A stretch of DNA of 64,000 nt, taken from assembly GCA_001189075.1 (NCBI GenBank), contig LFCN01000006.1, positions 588,866 to 652,865 of the forward strand, given 5' to 3'. Source of the DNA: Parcubacteria bacterium C7867-004 (GTDB lineage: Bacteria; Patescibacteriota; Minisyncoccia; Phycocordibacterales; Phycocordibacteraceae). Each line of letters opens with the position of its first letter. Position 1 is the stretch's first letter. Position numbers and translations under genes: made by a program. The notes beneath the pieces are model-generated. The model was not told the origin of the DNA. It ran no database searches and worked only from the letters and a program-made list of their open reading frames with translations. Shown in pieces: positions 27,007 to 36,495 of this stretch.

Positions 27007-27954
27007 TTAGGTATCCTTCTCAATTAGGTTTACGAATACTTCCTCCAGTCGGCTACCACTGTTGCGCACATTCGCGATCTGGATGCCGGTTGCGGCGATC
27101 TTCCTGATCGCATCGTTCACGGTCTCTCCGGGCTTGAGCGTGAGTTTGAGAGTCGTCTCGTCGATTCGCTCAAGCTTAAGCTCGCGAAGCAGATGCATGG
27201 TCGCGTCCTTAACGGGTTCGGTGGTATCGAGCAGCAGGGTGACGAAGTTCAGCTTCGTGAGCAGCTCCTTTACGCTTCCCTCCTCGATAATCTGACCCTT
27301 ATTAATGATGGCGACACGGCTCGCGAGCATCTCCGCTTCCTCGAGGTAATGCGTGGTGAGCACGATAGTTGTGCCGCTCTCGTTAAGTTCCCGGAGGAAA
27401 TCCCACATCCCGCGACGGAGCTCGACGTCGACGCCGGCAGTCGGCTCGTCCAGAAGGAGGATCGCCGGCTCATGCACGAGCGCACGAGCGATCATGAGGC
27501 GGCGCTTCATCCCACCGGAGAGCGCCTGCGCAGTCGAGTCCTTCTTCTCCCAGAGGCCGAGGTCCTTGAGAACCTTCTCCGCACGCGGAAGCGCCTCAGC
27601 TCGCGGAATACCGTAATAGCCGGCCTGATTGAGGACGATGTTGATCACCTTCTCGAAGATATCGAAATTGAATTCCTGCGGCACGAGTCCGATAAAGGAT
27701 TTAGCCTTTTCTGGATACGTATCTATCGAGAGGCCGTTCACCTCAGCGAGTCCTTCGGTCTTAGTGACAAGTCCCGAGAGGATACCGATGATAGTCGACT
27801 TTCCCGCGCCATTTGGACCGAGCAGAGCGAAGAATTCACCGGAACGGATAGTAAGCGAAACACCCTTGAGTGCTTCGGTTCCCGCCTTCTTCCCGTCCTT
27901 TGCATACACCTTTCGGAGATTCTCAACCTTAAGCGCCGCGTCCGTTTTCTCCAT
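27007..27954 (-). CDS. ABC-2 transporter ATP-binding protein (YadG-like)
   Basis: GPNGAGKS, LSGGMKRR, LLLDEPT. Confidence 0.95.
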   Translation of the reverse strand: MEKTDAALKVENLRKVYAKDGKKAGTEALKGVSLTIRSGEFFALLGPNGAGKSTIIGILSGLVTKTEGLAEVNGLSIDTYPEKAKSFIGLVPQEFNFDIFEKVINIVLNQAGYYGIPRAEALPRAEKVLKDLGLWEKKDSTAQALSGGMKRRLMIARALVHEPAILLLDEPTAGVDVELRRGMWDFLRELNESGTTIVLTTHYLEEAEMLASRVAIINKGQIIEEGSVKELLTKLNFVTLLLDTTEPVKDATMHLLRELKLERIDETTLKLTLKPGETVNDAIRKIAATGIQIANVRNSGSRLEEVFVNLIEKDT

Positions 27955-28004
27955 AATAATCGCAGTATATCACTGATGGCTTTTCGCGTGAAAATGAGGA
28001 TAAC

Positions 28005-28160
28005 GAGAGAGCCCCGCATGGCTGCAGGGCTCTCTCAAATGGGAGTATTCCTCGGTTGAGGCAGGCTTTTTTACGGCTTAGTGATCGATCTTGCGAGCGA
28101 CACGTTGTAAAAAGTAAGCCGTAAAAAAGCGTGTCTAACCTGGTGGAGGCTGTACTCTTA
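28005..28160 (-). ncRNA. candidate rod-shaped small RNA with its own promoter and 3' hairpin
   Basis: TTGACA-17-TATTGT upstream; perfect 16-bp inverted repeat 28065-28080/28115-28130 with extended pairing; terminal hairpin 28005-28036. Confidence 0.6.
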
Positions 28161-28166
28161 TAAGGA

Positions 28167-28195
28167 ACAATACACGACGCAACCCTGTTTGTCAA
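28167..28195 (-). promoter_or_regulatory. sigma70 promoter
   Basis: TTGACA (28190-28195), 17 nt, TATTGT (28167-28172). Confidence 0.7.
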
Positions 28196-28236
28196 TGGCG
28201 CTGGGGATAGCGTATGACGAGCTATCATCTAAGGTA

Positions 28237-28647
28237 ATGCGCCTTACGCCAGCACTCCGCCGCTTTCTTCGCTACGCGGTAGTCGGGGTTTCGACGCTGG
28301 CGTTCGATCTGGTACTCCTCTATCTGATAACGGAGTATGCCGGGGTTCCCTATTACATAGCCACCCCGCTCGCCTTCCTGGTAGCCGTCTCGATCAATTA
28401 CCTGATTTCGAGGCGACATGTCTTTCATGGCACCGAGCGTACGGTCCACCACGGATACGCGTACTTCATCAGCATCGCGCTCGCCGGCGCATTCGTGACG
28501 ACCATGGGTGTTGCGTTCTTCGTGCAAGCGCTAGGCTTCTATTATCTGTTCGCCCGCGTGCTTATCGCAGGCCTGGTCGGCATCGCCAATTACCTCCTCA
28601 ATCTCCATTTCAACTTCAGAGTTGTTGGTCACCATCCCGGAACATGA
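28237..28647 (+). CDS. GtrA family membrane protein
   Basis: RFLRYAVVG, NYLISRRHVF, four TMs. Confidence 0.9.
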   Translation: MRLTPALRRFLRYAVVGVSTLAFDLVLLYLITEYAGVPYYIATPLAFLVAVSINYLISRRHVFHGTERTVHHGYAYFISIALAGAFVTTMGVAFFVQALGFYYLFARVLIAGLVGIANYLLNLHFNFRVVGHHPGT

Positions 28648-28664
28648 AATGCTAGAATGTTCGG

Positions 28665-29666
28665 ATGAAATTCTTCTTGCTTCCGACCGTCGTTTCCGTA
28701 CTCATCCTCGCCGCAATCCTCTACACGCTCGGATGGGCCGCATTCGTGACAGCAGCATTGCTCGTGGTGCTTGAAGTCACGCTCTCCTTTGATAACGCGG
28801 TCGTGAACGCGCGGGTGCTCACGAACATGACTCACGTTTGGCGTAACCGATTCCTCACTTGGGGCATGCTCATCGCGGTCGTAGGCACCCGTCTCATCCT
28901 CCCGATACTCATCGTCTCGGCGAGCGTGCTCCTCTCCCCGCTCGCGGTTGCGAAACTCGCCGCATTCGCTCCAGAAGAATATGCGCACCTGCTCGAGGGC
29001 GCCCGCTATGGCATCTATGCGTTCGGCGGCGCGTTTCTCCTCATGGTCTCGCTCAAGTACTTCCTTGATGACAACAAGGACATCCACTGGATAAAGGTTA
29101 TCGAGCGGCACATCTCGCGCTGGGGCCGCATCGAAGCGATTGAGATTGCTATAGCGCTCGCCTTCCTCAGCGGCATCTCGTTCCTCGTGCCGGATATCGC
29201 GCAGGCAACCGTGCTCGTTGCCGGTATCATCGGTATCGTTCTCTTCATACTTATGCAGGGACTTGCAAGCTCCTTCTCGATAGAGACTGACAATGCGACT
29301 GCAGTTGCAGCGCAGTCGGGGCTCGCGCTCTTCATCTACCTCAACGTCCTTGATTCCGCGTTCTCGCTCGATAGCGTGGTCGGTGCCTTCGCGTTGACCA
29401 CGTCGATCCCGATCATCGTTGCAGGTCTCGGCATCGGCGCCTGGTTCGTCCGGTCTCTCACAATCTACCTCGTCGAGAAGAAGACTCTTGATTCGCTCAC
29501 CTATCTCGAGCACGGCGCGCACTGGGCAATCTTCGGTCTCGCCATTTCCATGTTTGCGGATCTTCTATTCCATGTGCCTGAAGTGATAACCGGCCTCATC
29601 GGGCTCGCGTTCGTGCTTGCCGCGTACGCATCGTCGATACTGTCCCGGAAAAAAATTGCGGCGTAA
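28665..29666 (+). CDS. DUF475/TerC-like integral membrane protein
   Basis: LEVTLSFDNAVVNA, DSAFSLDSVVGAFA, YLEHGAHWAI. Confidence 0.92.
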   Translation: MKFFLLPTVVSVLILAAILYTLGWAAFVTAALLVVLEVTLSFDNAVVNARVLTNMTHVWRNRFLTWGMLIAVVGTRLILPILIVSASVLLSPLAVAKLAAFAPEEYAHLLEGARYGIYAFGGAFLLMVSLKYFLDDNKDIHWIKVIERHISRWGRIEAIEIAIALAFLSGISFLVPDIAQATVLVAGIIGIVLFILMQGLASSFSIETDNATAVAAQSGLALFIYLNVLDSAFSLDSVVGAFALTTSIPIIVAGLGIGAWFVRSLTIYLVEKKTLDSLTYLEHGAHWAIFGLAISMFADLLFHVPEVITGLIGLAFVLAAYASSILSRKKIAA

Positions 29667-29708
29667 GAAACCTCAGACCAGAATCGGTTGTTGTCTTAGA
29701 CGAATACC

Positions 29709-30458
29709 ATGACCCCACGAGCCGTCTTGTTTGACCTCGATGAAACGCTTGCCGAAAGCAAGCAGCCTATAACTGACTCGATGGCGAATCTTCTCGTTCG
29801 CTTGCTCGACGCGACGAATGTCGCGGTTACCTCGGGCCAGAAATACGAGCTCGTGCATGCGCATACCGCAGGCCGGTTGCCCAGTCACGCCAATCTCGAA
29901 CGACTGCATCTTCTCCCTAACTGCGGTGCGGGATTGTTCCTGTATACGGACGGTAGTTGGTCTGCAGGATACAAGAATGACTTTAGTGAGGAGGAATTCG
30001 ATTCGATCAAAGCCATAATAGAAGCGGCGATGGATGAGACCGGCATTATCGACCGACATTCTCCATCATATGGCGACCGCATCGAGCATCGCGGGCCGTC
30101 AGTAGCACTTTCTGCACTCGGACAGACTGCTCCACTTGAAGAGAAGCTCGCATGGGATCCTTCGCACGAGAAACGTTCCCTTCTTCGTGAGGCAATTGCC
30201 GCGAAGCTTGAAGGCTTCGACGTACGAACGGGAGGCTCGACCTCTTTCGACGTTACTCGACCCGGTATCGATAAAGCATATGGCGTTCGAAAACTTTCCG
30301 AGCATCTTTCGATACCAATCTCTGACATGCTCTACATAGGCGACGCGCTCTTCCCGGGTGGCAACGACGAGGTCGTAAAGACGACCGGTATCGAGACGAG
30401 GGCGACGAGCGGACCCTTCGAGACCGCCCGCATCATCGAAGAACTCCTCGAGCGATAA
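29709..30458 (+). CDS. HAD-IIB hydrolase (phosphomannomutase-like)
   Basis: FDLDETLA, GGSTSFD, GDALFPGGND. Confidence 0.92.
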   Translation: MTPRAVLFDLDETLAESKQPITDSMANLLVRLLDATNVAVTSGQKYELVHAHTAGRLPSHANLERLHLLPNCGAGLFLYTDGSWSAGYKNDFSEEEFDSIKAIIEAAMDETGIIDRHSPSYGDRIEHRGPSVALSALGQTAPLEEKLAWDPSHEKRSLLREAIAAKLEGFDVRTGGSTSFDVTRPGIDKAYGVRKLSEHLSIPISDMLYIGDALFPGGNDEVVKTTGIETRATSGPFETARIIEELLER

Positions 30459-30482
30459 CCGCGGCGCGGTATACTGCTTGGA

Positions 30483-32141
30483 ATGAGTGACACCCAGCTG
30501 TTCGATCGCATCAAGGCGACCGTGAAGGGCGAGGTCGTGAACGATGACGCCTCCCGTAAATTGTTCTCGCGCGACACGAGCGTGTTCTCGCGCACGCCTT
30601 CTATCGTGGTCTATCCGAAAGACGCAGACGACGTTGCTTCATTAGTTCGCACTATGAATGGCGCGCGCAAAGAAGGCATTCCGGGATCCGTAACCGCGCG
30701 CTCGGCGGGAACTGACATGTCCGGCGGTCCGCTCACCGACTCGGTGGTAGCCGTGTTCACGAAATATATGAACACGGTCGAAGAAGTCGGCGACGGATAC
30801 GCGGTAACCGAGCCAGGGGCGTTCTATCGCGACTTCGAGAAAGCAACGCTCGCTCGTGGCCGCCAGCTCATGCCCTCCTACCCCGCGTCCCGCGAAATAG
30901 CCGCGATGGGAGGCATCGTGAATAACGATTCGGGCGGTGAACGCACACTGGAGTACGGCAAAACCCGCGATTATATCGAAGAAATCGATGTCGTGCTTTC
31001 CGATGGGACGAAGACCACATTCAAGGAGCTTTCTCCCGAAGAAGTAGCGCGCAAGACGCAGCTCGAGACGCTCGAAGGACGCATCTATCGTGACATGAAG
31101 AAGCTGCTCGAGGATAACAAGCAGATGATCACAGACGCGAAGCCGAAGGTCTCCAAGAACTCGGCCGGATATGCGCTCTGGGACGTTATAGATGAGAAGA
31201 CCGGGAAGATGAATCTTGCGAAGCTTATCTGCGGCGCGCAGGGCACCCTCGCACTTACGACGAAGTTCAAACTCCGCCTCGTGCGCGAGCAGGGATACCG
31301 CGCGATGCTCATCGTCTTCCTGTCGGATATCAATGTCCTCCCGGAGATCGTACGGAAAGTGCTTCCCTACAACCCCGAGTCATTCGAGTCGTACGACGAC
31401 AACACCTTCAAGCTCGCCATAAAGTTCCTGCCGCAGATGCTTTCCCAGATGGGACTCGCTCGCGCAACCCGCCTCGGCTTCTCGTTCCTTCCGGAACTCG
31501 GGCTTGCTATCCGAGGTGGCGTACCGAAGTTAGTTCTCATGGCGGAGTTCTCCGAGGACACGCATCAGGAGGCGCTCTTCAAGGCGGGACAAGCGAGGGC
31601 AGCGCTCGCGCCTCTGGGGCTCCCGATGCGCATCGCACGAGATGAACGCGCCGCCGAGAAATACTGGATCGTGCGCCGCGAGAGCTTCGCGCTTCTCCGG
31701 AAGAACTCGCATGGCCTCTATGCCGCTCCCTTTATCGACGACTTCGTGGTTCCTACGGATACCTATCCGAAGTTCCTTCCCGAACTGAACGCGCTTCTTG
31801 CCGAGTACAAGCTCCTCTACACCATCGCGGGACATATCGGGAACGGGAATTTCCATATCATCCCGCTCATGGACCTCAACGACCCTAAGGTACGCGGCGT
31901 CATTCTCGAGCTCGCACCGCGTGTATACGACCTCGTCATCAAATATGGTGGCACCACTACCGGCGAGCACAACGACGGCATCATCCGTACGCCGTACCTA
32001 GGCCAGCTCTTCGGGGACAAGATGGTAGCGCTCTTCGCGGAGACCAAGCGCATCTTCGACCCGCTCAATATCTTCAACCCCGGGAAAAAAGTGGGCGGCA
32101 CCTTCGCCGACATTGAGCGCGACATGCTCAAGAGCATCTGA
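30483..32141 (+). CDS. FAD-binding oxidoreductase (GlcD/D-lactate dehydrogenase-like)
   Basis: ARSAGTDMSGG, GHIGNGNFH, TGEHNDG, FDPLNIFNPGK. Confidence 0.93.
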   Translation: MSDTQLFDRIKATVKGEVVNDDASRKLFSRDTSVFSRTPSIVVYPKDADDVASLVRTMNGARKEGIPGSVTARSAGTDMSGGPLTDSVVAVFTKYMNTVEEVGDGYAVTEPGAFYRDFEKATLARGRQLMPSYPASREIAAMGGIVNNDSGGERTLEYGKTRDYIEEIDVVLSDGTKTTFKELSPEEVARKTQLETLEGRIYRDMKKLLEDNKQMITDAKPKVSKNSAGYALWDVIDEKTGKMNLAKLICGAQGTLALTTKFKLRLVREQGYRAMLIVFLSDINVLPEIVRKVLPYNPESFESYDDNTFKLAIKFLPQMLSQMGLARATRLGFSFLPELGLAIRGGVPKLVLMAEFSEDTHQEALFKAGQARAALAPLGLPMRIARDERAAEKYWIVRRESFALLRKNSHGLYAAPFIDDFVVPTDTYPKFLPELNALLAEYKLLYTIAGHIGNGNFHIIPLMDLNDPKVRGVILELAPRVYDLVIKYGGTTTGEHNDGIIRTPYLGQLFGDKMVALFAETKRIFDPLNIFNPGKKVGGTFADIERDMLKSI

Positions 32142-32199
32142 TTGACAGCTCGCGGACTTCGGCGCAGTGTGTCGGCAGGTGTTCATAGGAGAGCCAGTC

Positions 32200-32847
32200 A
32201 TGGCACCAAGATTACTCGTCTTCGCCGACGGAACCGAGACCGGAGGCGGCTCGGGCTTCGCCAATCTAGTCAGGCGCGCAAGATCTGGCAGCCTCGATGC
32301 CACTATCGTGGGGGTCGTTTCAAGCCATGAGAACGGTGGGGTCAGGGGCTACGCCGACGAATTCAACATTCCTTTCCGGCACATGCCGAAATGGGATCGA
32401 ACCGAGGACGGCTATCGCTTCCTTGTGCGCTTCTTCAGCTCCGACTTCGTGGCGCTATCCGGATACACGAAACTTGCCCGCGGTCTCGACCCCCGCACAA
32501 CGTTCAACATCCACCCAGGCCCTCTCCCGCAGTTCGGCGGCAAGGGCATGCACGGCGATCATGTGCACGAGGCAGTGCTCGCCGCCTACCAGCGCGGCGA
32601 GCTCACGCACACCGAGGTGTGCATGCACTTCGTGACGGAGAAGTACGACGAAGGGCCGGTGTTCCTTAGGGTGCGGATCCCTATTCACGAGGACGACACC
32701 GTCGAAACGCTTCGTACTCGAGTTAACAGAGCCGAACACGAGTGGCAACCAAAGTTCACGCGATTCGTCATGTTGGGTTTGATTGCCTGGGATGGCATAA
32801 ACCCCAATACGCTCGTGGGTTCGCTCGAATTCAAGCTGGCGACGTAG
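32200..32847 (+). CDS. purN: phosphoribosylglycinamide formyltransferase-like protein (SD-led cassette)
   Basis: GGGSGF, NIHPGPLPQFGGKGMHG, HFVTEKYDEGP; TTGACA 32142; AGGAG SD; terminator 32846-32875. Confidence 0.85.
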   Translation: MAPRLLVFADGTETGGGSGFANLVRRARSGSLDATIVGVVSSHENGGVRGYADEFNIPFRHMPKWDRTEDGYRFLVRFFSSDFVALSGYTKLARGLDPRTTFNIHPGPLPQFGGKGMHGDHVHEAVLAAYQRGELTHTEVCMHFVTEKYDEGPVFLRVRIPIHEDDTVETLRTRVNRAEHEWQPKFTRFVMLGLIAWDGINPNTLVGSLEFKLAT

Positions 32848-32897
32848 GAAGCTCCACAGCTTCCTTTTTCTTTTATAGGTCGTGATACAGTATCGCC

Positions 32898-33593
32898 ATG
32901 AACGAAGATTGCTCGGCGCACGAAGCACTGGTAAAGGAATTGAATGACCCGACTATGCGCGCCGACTACGCGCGGCCGTATGACGGCTACAAAGTCGGGC
33001 CGATTGCTGCCGTGCTCGGTTGGCTGCTCGTGACCTCCGGCACGATTGTGTACGGAAAGAAGCCCTCGTATGGGAAATTCAAAGCGGTAGAGGTTATTGC
33101 CCGTATCCCCTATCAGTCCTGGGAAGTCGCAACCTATACGCTCCTTACTGGCTTCTATGGAAATGAGAAGCGCGCCATCGAGCTCACGAAGACGAGCGCC
33201 TTCTCCCGCCAGGCTCAAGACAACGAGACCATGCACGTCGTGGTGATAACCCAGATATGCAAGCGCTTGCGCTGCGTCGGATGGTTCCGGCACATGTTCA
33301 TACCGCTTGTCTTCGCGTTCTTCTATTTTTGGACTATCTATCTCCTCTACATGGTCTCGCGCAAGTCAGCACTCGAGCTGAACTATCTCTTCGAGACTCA
33401 TGCATACCATCAGTACAGTGAGTTCCTCGCACTGTACGGAGAACAATTGCGCGATACCCCGGTCATGTCCGATTTCCTCGTGCTGTACGGCCGCAATGTG
33501 CGCAGCGAATACGAACTCTTCGAATCGATACGCAACGACGAGCTCATCCACCGCAATCGCAGTATCAAAGAGATCGAGCTTCGGAGGAAATAA
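32898..33593 (+). CDS. alternative oxidase/PTOX-like diiron protein
   Basis: EVIARIPY, NETMH, FETHAYHQY, IRNDELIH: four-Glu, two-His diiron pattern. Confidence 0.85.
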   Translation: MNEDCSAHEALVKELNDPTMRADYARPYDGYKVGPIAAVLGWLLVTSGTIVYGKKPSYGKFKAVEVIARIPYQSWEVATYTLLTGFYGNEKRAIELTKTSAFSRQAQDNETMHVVVITQICKRLRCVGWFRHMFIPLVFAFFYFWTIYLLYMVSRKSALELNYLFETHAYHQYSEFLALYGEQLRDTPVMSDFLVLYGRNVRSEYELFESIRNDELIHRNRSIKEIELRRK

Positions 33594-33626
33594 GAAAAGG
33601 CCGCCCGCGTGTGCGAACGACCCTTG
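33593..33626 (-). terminator. intrinsic terminator
   Basis: Minus strand AAGGGTCGTTCGC-ACAC-GCGGGCGGCCTTTTCTT. Confidence 0.75.
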
Positions 33627-33627
33627 G

Positions 33628-34298
33628 TCATTGCTTGGGAGCCCACCCGATGAGCACGTAGTACTTCTCATTGAGCTCACGTCCGGTCGGACATACAGCC
33701 TTCGGTGACCCTCGTAGGCGACAATCGGGATCTCATCCGAGTTGCCCGTATGATCCGGATCGTACCGTTCGCCGAGGCACGCGAAGCTAATGTCGCTACG
33801 GCCTTCGATGATCTTCGTCACCGGACCGATGAGCCACGGCATGCTGGCCATATCGAGGAAGAACTCGCCCTCGTCGAGCGTGTCGTACCCGTCCGCGCCG
33901 TACTGCACGGCGCGGAATGGAAAGACCAGTAGTTCTGCCGAAGAGGCCTTTTCCAGCTCATCGAGCTTCTGGACCGTTCGCGGCACCCGGACATAGCGCT
34001 CGACGCGAGAACCGGCGAAAGAACCGGCTTGAACGCCGGGAAGCTTCATCACCAGTTTCAGGTCCGAAAATTTGTCCCAGAGCTGGATTGCTACGAGCGC
34101 GTTGAAGTACGTGAATCGAGTCGGTTTCGGAATCACGACCATGCCGGCATAGCCGGCGGACACGTAATTCCGCAACAGCGAAGCGTCCACGGAAGGCGGA
34201 TGCGAGCTTTGCAGGCTCGGGAGCCCGCGCTTATACCACCGGAACTGAACGTCGACCGCAAGCGCTGGAATCGGCGAAACCGACCCGTTTCTCGTCAT
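33628..34298 (-). pseudogene. orphan hypothetical protein with an apparent 1-nt frameshift near the C-terminus
   Basis: The main frame runs through the terminator into the opposite gene; the -1 frame gives ..SPKAVCPTGRELNEKYYVLIGWAPKQ*, stopping at 33628 just before the terminator. Confidence 0.6.
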
Positions 34299-34508
34299 GT
34301 GCGTAACCCTTCACGTAATCGCATCCTGATGATGCTCTGTTATTATAACACATATTGTTATACAGCCAAACGCGATTCATCTTATCCCCATACAAGGCGT
34401 TCTGACTTGCGATTAGGCCGTCTCTGTAGCATAATGCCCATAACTCGCAGAACTCCAAATTGCCCCAAGCGTTCGGCATCGGCGAGGTTATCACGTATCA
34501 CAAGCCAC

Positions 34509-34898
34509 ATGGCAACATGCAAACTATATGTCGGCGGTATCCCCTACCGCACGACCGAGGATGAACTCCGCACCGCTTTCGAGGAAGCCGGTTCGGTAAC
34601 ATCCGCAAGCATTATCAGCGATCGCATGACCGGCCGCTCACGCGGATTCGGTTTCGTCGAGATGGCATCCGAGGCTGAAGGCCAGGCTGCTATCGACCGT
34701 TGGGATGGCAAGGAGATGGACGGGCGTATGCTCTCCGTTTCCATGGCTCGCCCTCAGGGCGACCGTCCTCCTCGCGAAGGCGGTGATCGCGGTGGCTTCG
34801 GCGGCGGTAATCGCGGCGGAGGTTTCGGCGGCGGCAACGGCGGTAATCGCGGCGGCTTCGGCGGCGGCGACCGCGGAGGCTACCAGGGCGGATACTAA
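34509..34898 (+). CDS. RRM RNA-binding protein with Gly/Arg-rich tail
   Basis: KLYVGGI (RNP2), RGFGFVEM (RNP1), GG(D/N)RGGFGGG repeats. Confidence 0.95.
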   Translation: MATCKLYVGGIPYRTTEDELRTAFEEAGSVTSASIISDRMTGRSRGFGFVEMASEAEGQAAIDRWDGKEMDGRMLSVSMARPQGDRPPREGGDRGGFGGGNRGGGFGGGNGGNRGGFGGGDRGGYQGGY

Positions 34899-34910
34899 TC
34901 CGACCAGGAA

Positions 34911-34949
34911 AGAAGAACGGCCCCTCTCTGAGGGGCCGTTCTTCTTTTA
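34911..34949. terminator. bidirectional terminator
   Basis: AGAAGAACGGCCCCTC-tct-GAGGGGCCGTTCTTCT. Confidence 0.88.
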
Positions 34950-35402
34950 TTCAGTGAGGGGGTCTTCCTTCTTCGCCACCTTCACCTCATGCTTCTCCCC
35001 TTCCGCGTACCAGCCGACGAGGTTCGCGAATATCTGGAGGAATGAGCCTACGGCGGCCAATGCGAGGATGAGGATAACGGGCCACGAGAACGGGGTCGCG
35101 TAATACGCGAATACGACGATCGCGGAAGCCCAGAGTCCGCTGCACCACGGACACTCGATGAGCGACTTCAGGGTCGAACCGATAGTGCCCTCGCCTGAAG
35201 CCGCGAACGAATCGCGCAGAATATCAGTGACGTGATCGTAAGTTACGAGACGGATGAGTCTCCAGATAGCGAGCGACATCAGCACGAGATCGAGTACAGG
35301 AGCGTCGTGCTCGAACCGTCCGGTAGCATACAGCCACCAGAGACCGAGACCTATGAGTACGGAGAACGTGACCGAGAAGATGATGTCCCATAGGTATTTC
35401 AT
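34947..35402 (-). CDS. DUF1360 family membrane protein
   Basis: RLIRLVTYD..LR, LIECPWCSGLW. Confidence 0.88.
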   Translation of the reverse strand: MKYLWDIIFSVTFSVLIGLGLWWLYATGRFEHDAPVLDLVLMSLAIWRLIRLVTYDHVTDILRDSFAASGEGTIGSTLKSLIECPWCSGLWASAIVVFAYYATPFSWPVILILALAAVGSFLQIFANLVGWYAEGEKHEVKVAKKEDPLTE

Positions 35403-35482
35403 GTTGATGTGGGTAATGGGAAGAGCATATCAGGTCCGCATTACGATTTGATGAAGAACGCTCCTACCTATACTGTGTGCCT

Positions 35483-36238
35483 ATGTACGAAATATCCGAT
35501 AACGAGCGGGCGCTGCTTATCCGCGACAAGTACGCCGGCGACCCGGACGCTGACCTTTCCGCTGATATCGAGCGCCTTAGCCGGGGCGAGCCGCTTGCCT
35601 ATGTGATCGGCTGGATCCCCTTCATTGGATTGAACGTCCGCCTCGACTCCCGTCCGCTCATCCCCCGCCCCGAGACCGAATGGTGGACGGAGGCCCTCAT
35701 CGCACATCTGAAAGAAACGTTCGAGGATGCACCGTTCCGCCTGCTCGATCTCTGTGCCGGTTCAGGCGCCATCGGCCTTGCGGTGCTTTCGCACCTTCCG
35801 AACGCAAGCGTCGCATTCGGCGAGCTCGAACCCGCGCACGCGGACCTCATCCTCACGAACCTCGCGGAGAACAACATCGACGCCTCGCGCGCCGATATTC
35901 GTTCGGGAGACCTCTTCATACCTTTTGAGGATGAGGAATTTGATATCATCGCGACGAACCCGCCCTACGTCCCCCAGACCCGGGAGCTCGAAGCCGGCGT
36001 CACCGACTACGAGCCGGGCGCGGCGCTCTTTGCAGGTGCCGACGGTCTCGACATAATTAGGCGCATAGCTGAGGAAGCTCCGGGACACCTATCGGCTGCC
36101 GGAGAGCTCTGGATCGAATGCGACATCGCGAACGCCGAGAAAGCGAAGGAGCTGCTTGAGATGAACGCGGCGCTCTGGAGCGAGATACGCAACGACCCGT
36201 ATGGGCGGCCCCGTCTCGTCGTGGGATACTATTCCTGA
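35483..36238 (+). CDS. prmC: release factor glutamine methyltransferase
   Basis: GEPLAYVIG, LIPRPETE, LDLCAGSG, NPPY. Confidence 0.93.
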   Translation: MYEISDNERALLIRDKYAGDPDADLSADIERLSRGEPLAYVIGWIPFIGLNVRLDSRPLIPRPETEWWTEALIAHLKETFEDAPFRLLDLCAGSGAIGLAVLSHLPNASVAFGELEPAHADLILTNLAENNIDASRADIRSGDLFIPFEDEEFDIIATNPPYVPQTRELEAGVTDYEPGAALFAGADGLDIIRRIAEEAPGHLSAAGELWIECDIANAEKAKELLEMNAALWSEIRNDPYGRPRLVVGYYS

Positions 36239-36492
36239 TGCAGGAAGAACAAGCGGCCCTCGTCGCGCCTTTCCCCTCTCCGACGGTGCTTTTTACGGGC
36301 CTTGATCCCGTACAGGTGATCTCCGTGCTCTTTACAGTGTTGTTCATCATCTGGGCGATCTATACGATCGTTACCGCGTACCACTGGCTCCGCTACGGGC
36401 ATCGCTCAGCGGTAGCAATTCCAGCACTCATCACGCACGTGGCGGTCTCGGGCTTCCTCGCGCTGTTCGCGGTAAGCGGCATCCGTCCGTAA
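36238..36492 (+). CDS. small two-TM membrane protein
   Basis: Coupled TGATG start; YHWLRYG motif. Confidence 0.8.
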   Translation: MQEEQAALVAPFPSPTVLFTGLDPVQVISVLFTVLFIIWAIYTIVTAYHWLRYGHRSAVAIPALITHVAVSGFLALFAVSGIRP

Positions 36493-36495
36493 CGT

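Noticed and set aside
33366-33627. C-terminal extension of the 310-aa ORF
   Set aside because: Crosses a terminator and overlaps the oxidase gene; better explained by a frameshift
34780-34895. GGCGGC-rich repeats as a CRISPR array or VNTR
   Set aside because: They encode the Gly-rich tail of the RRM protein; no spacers
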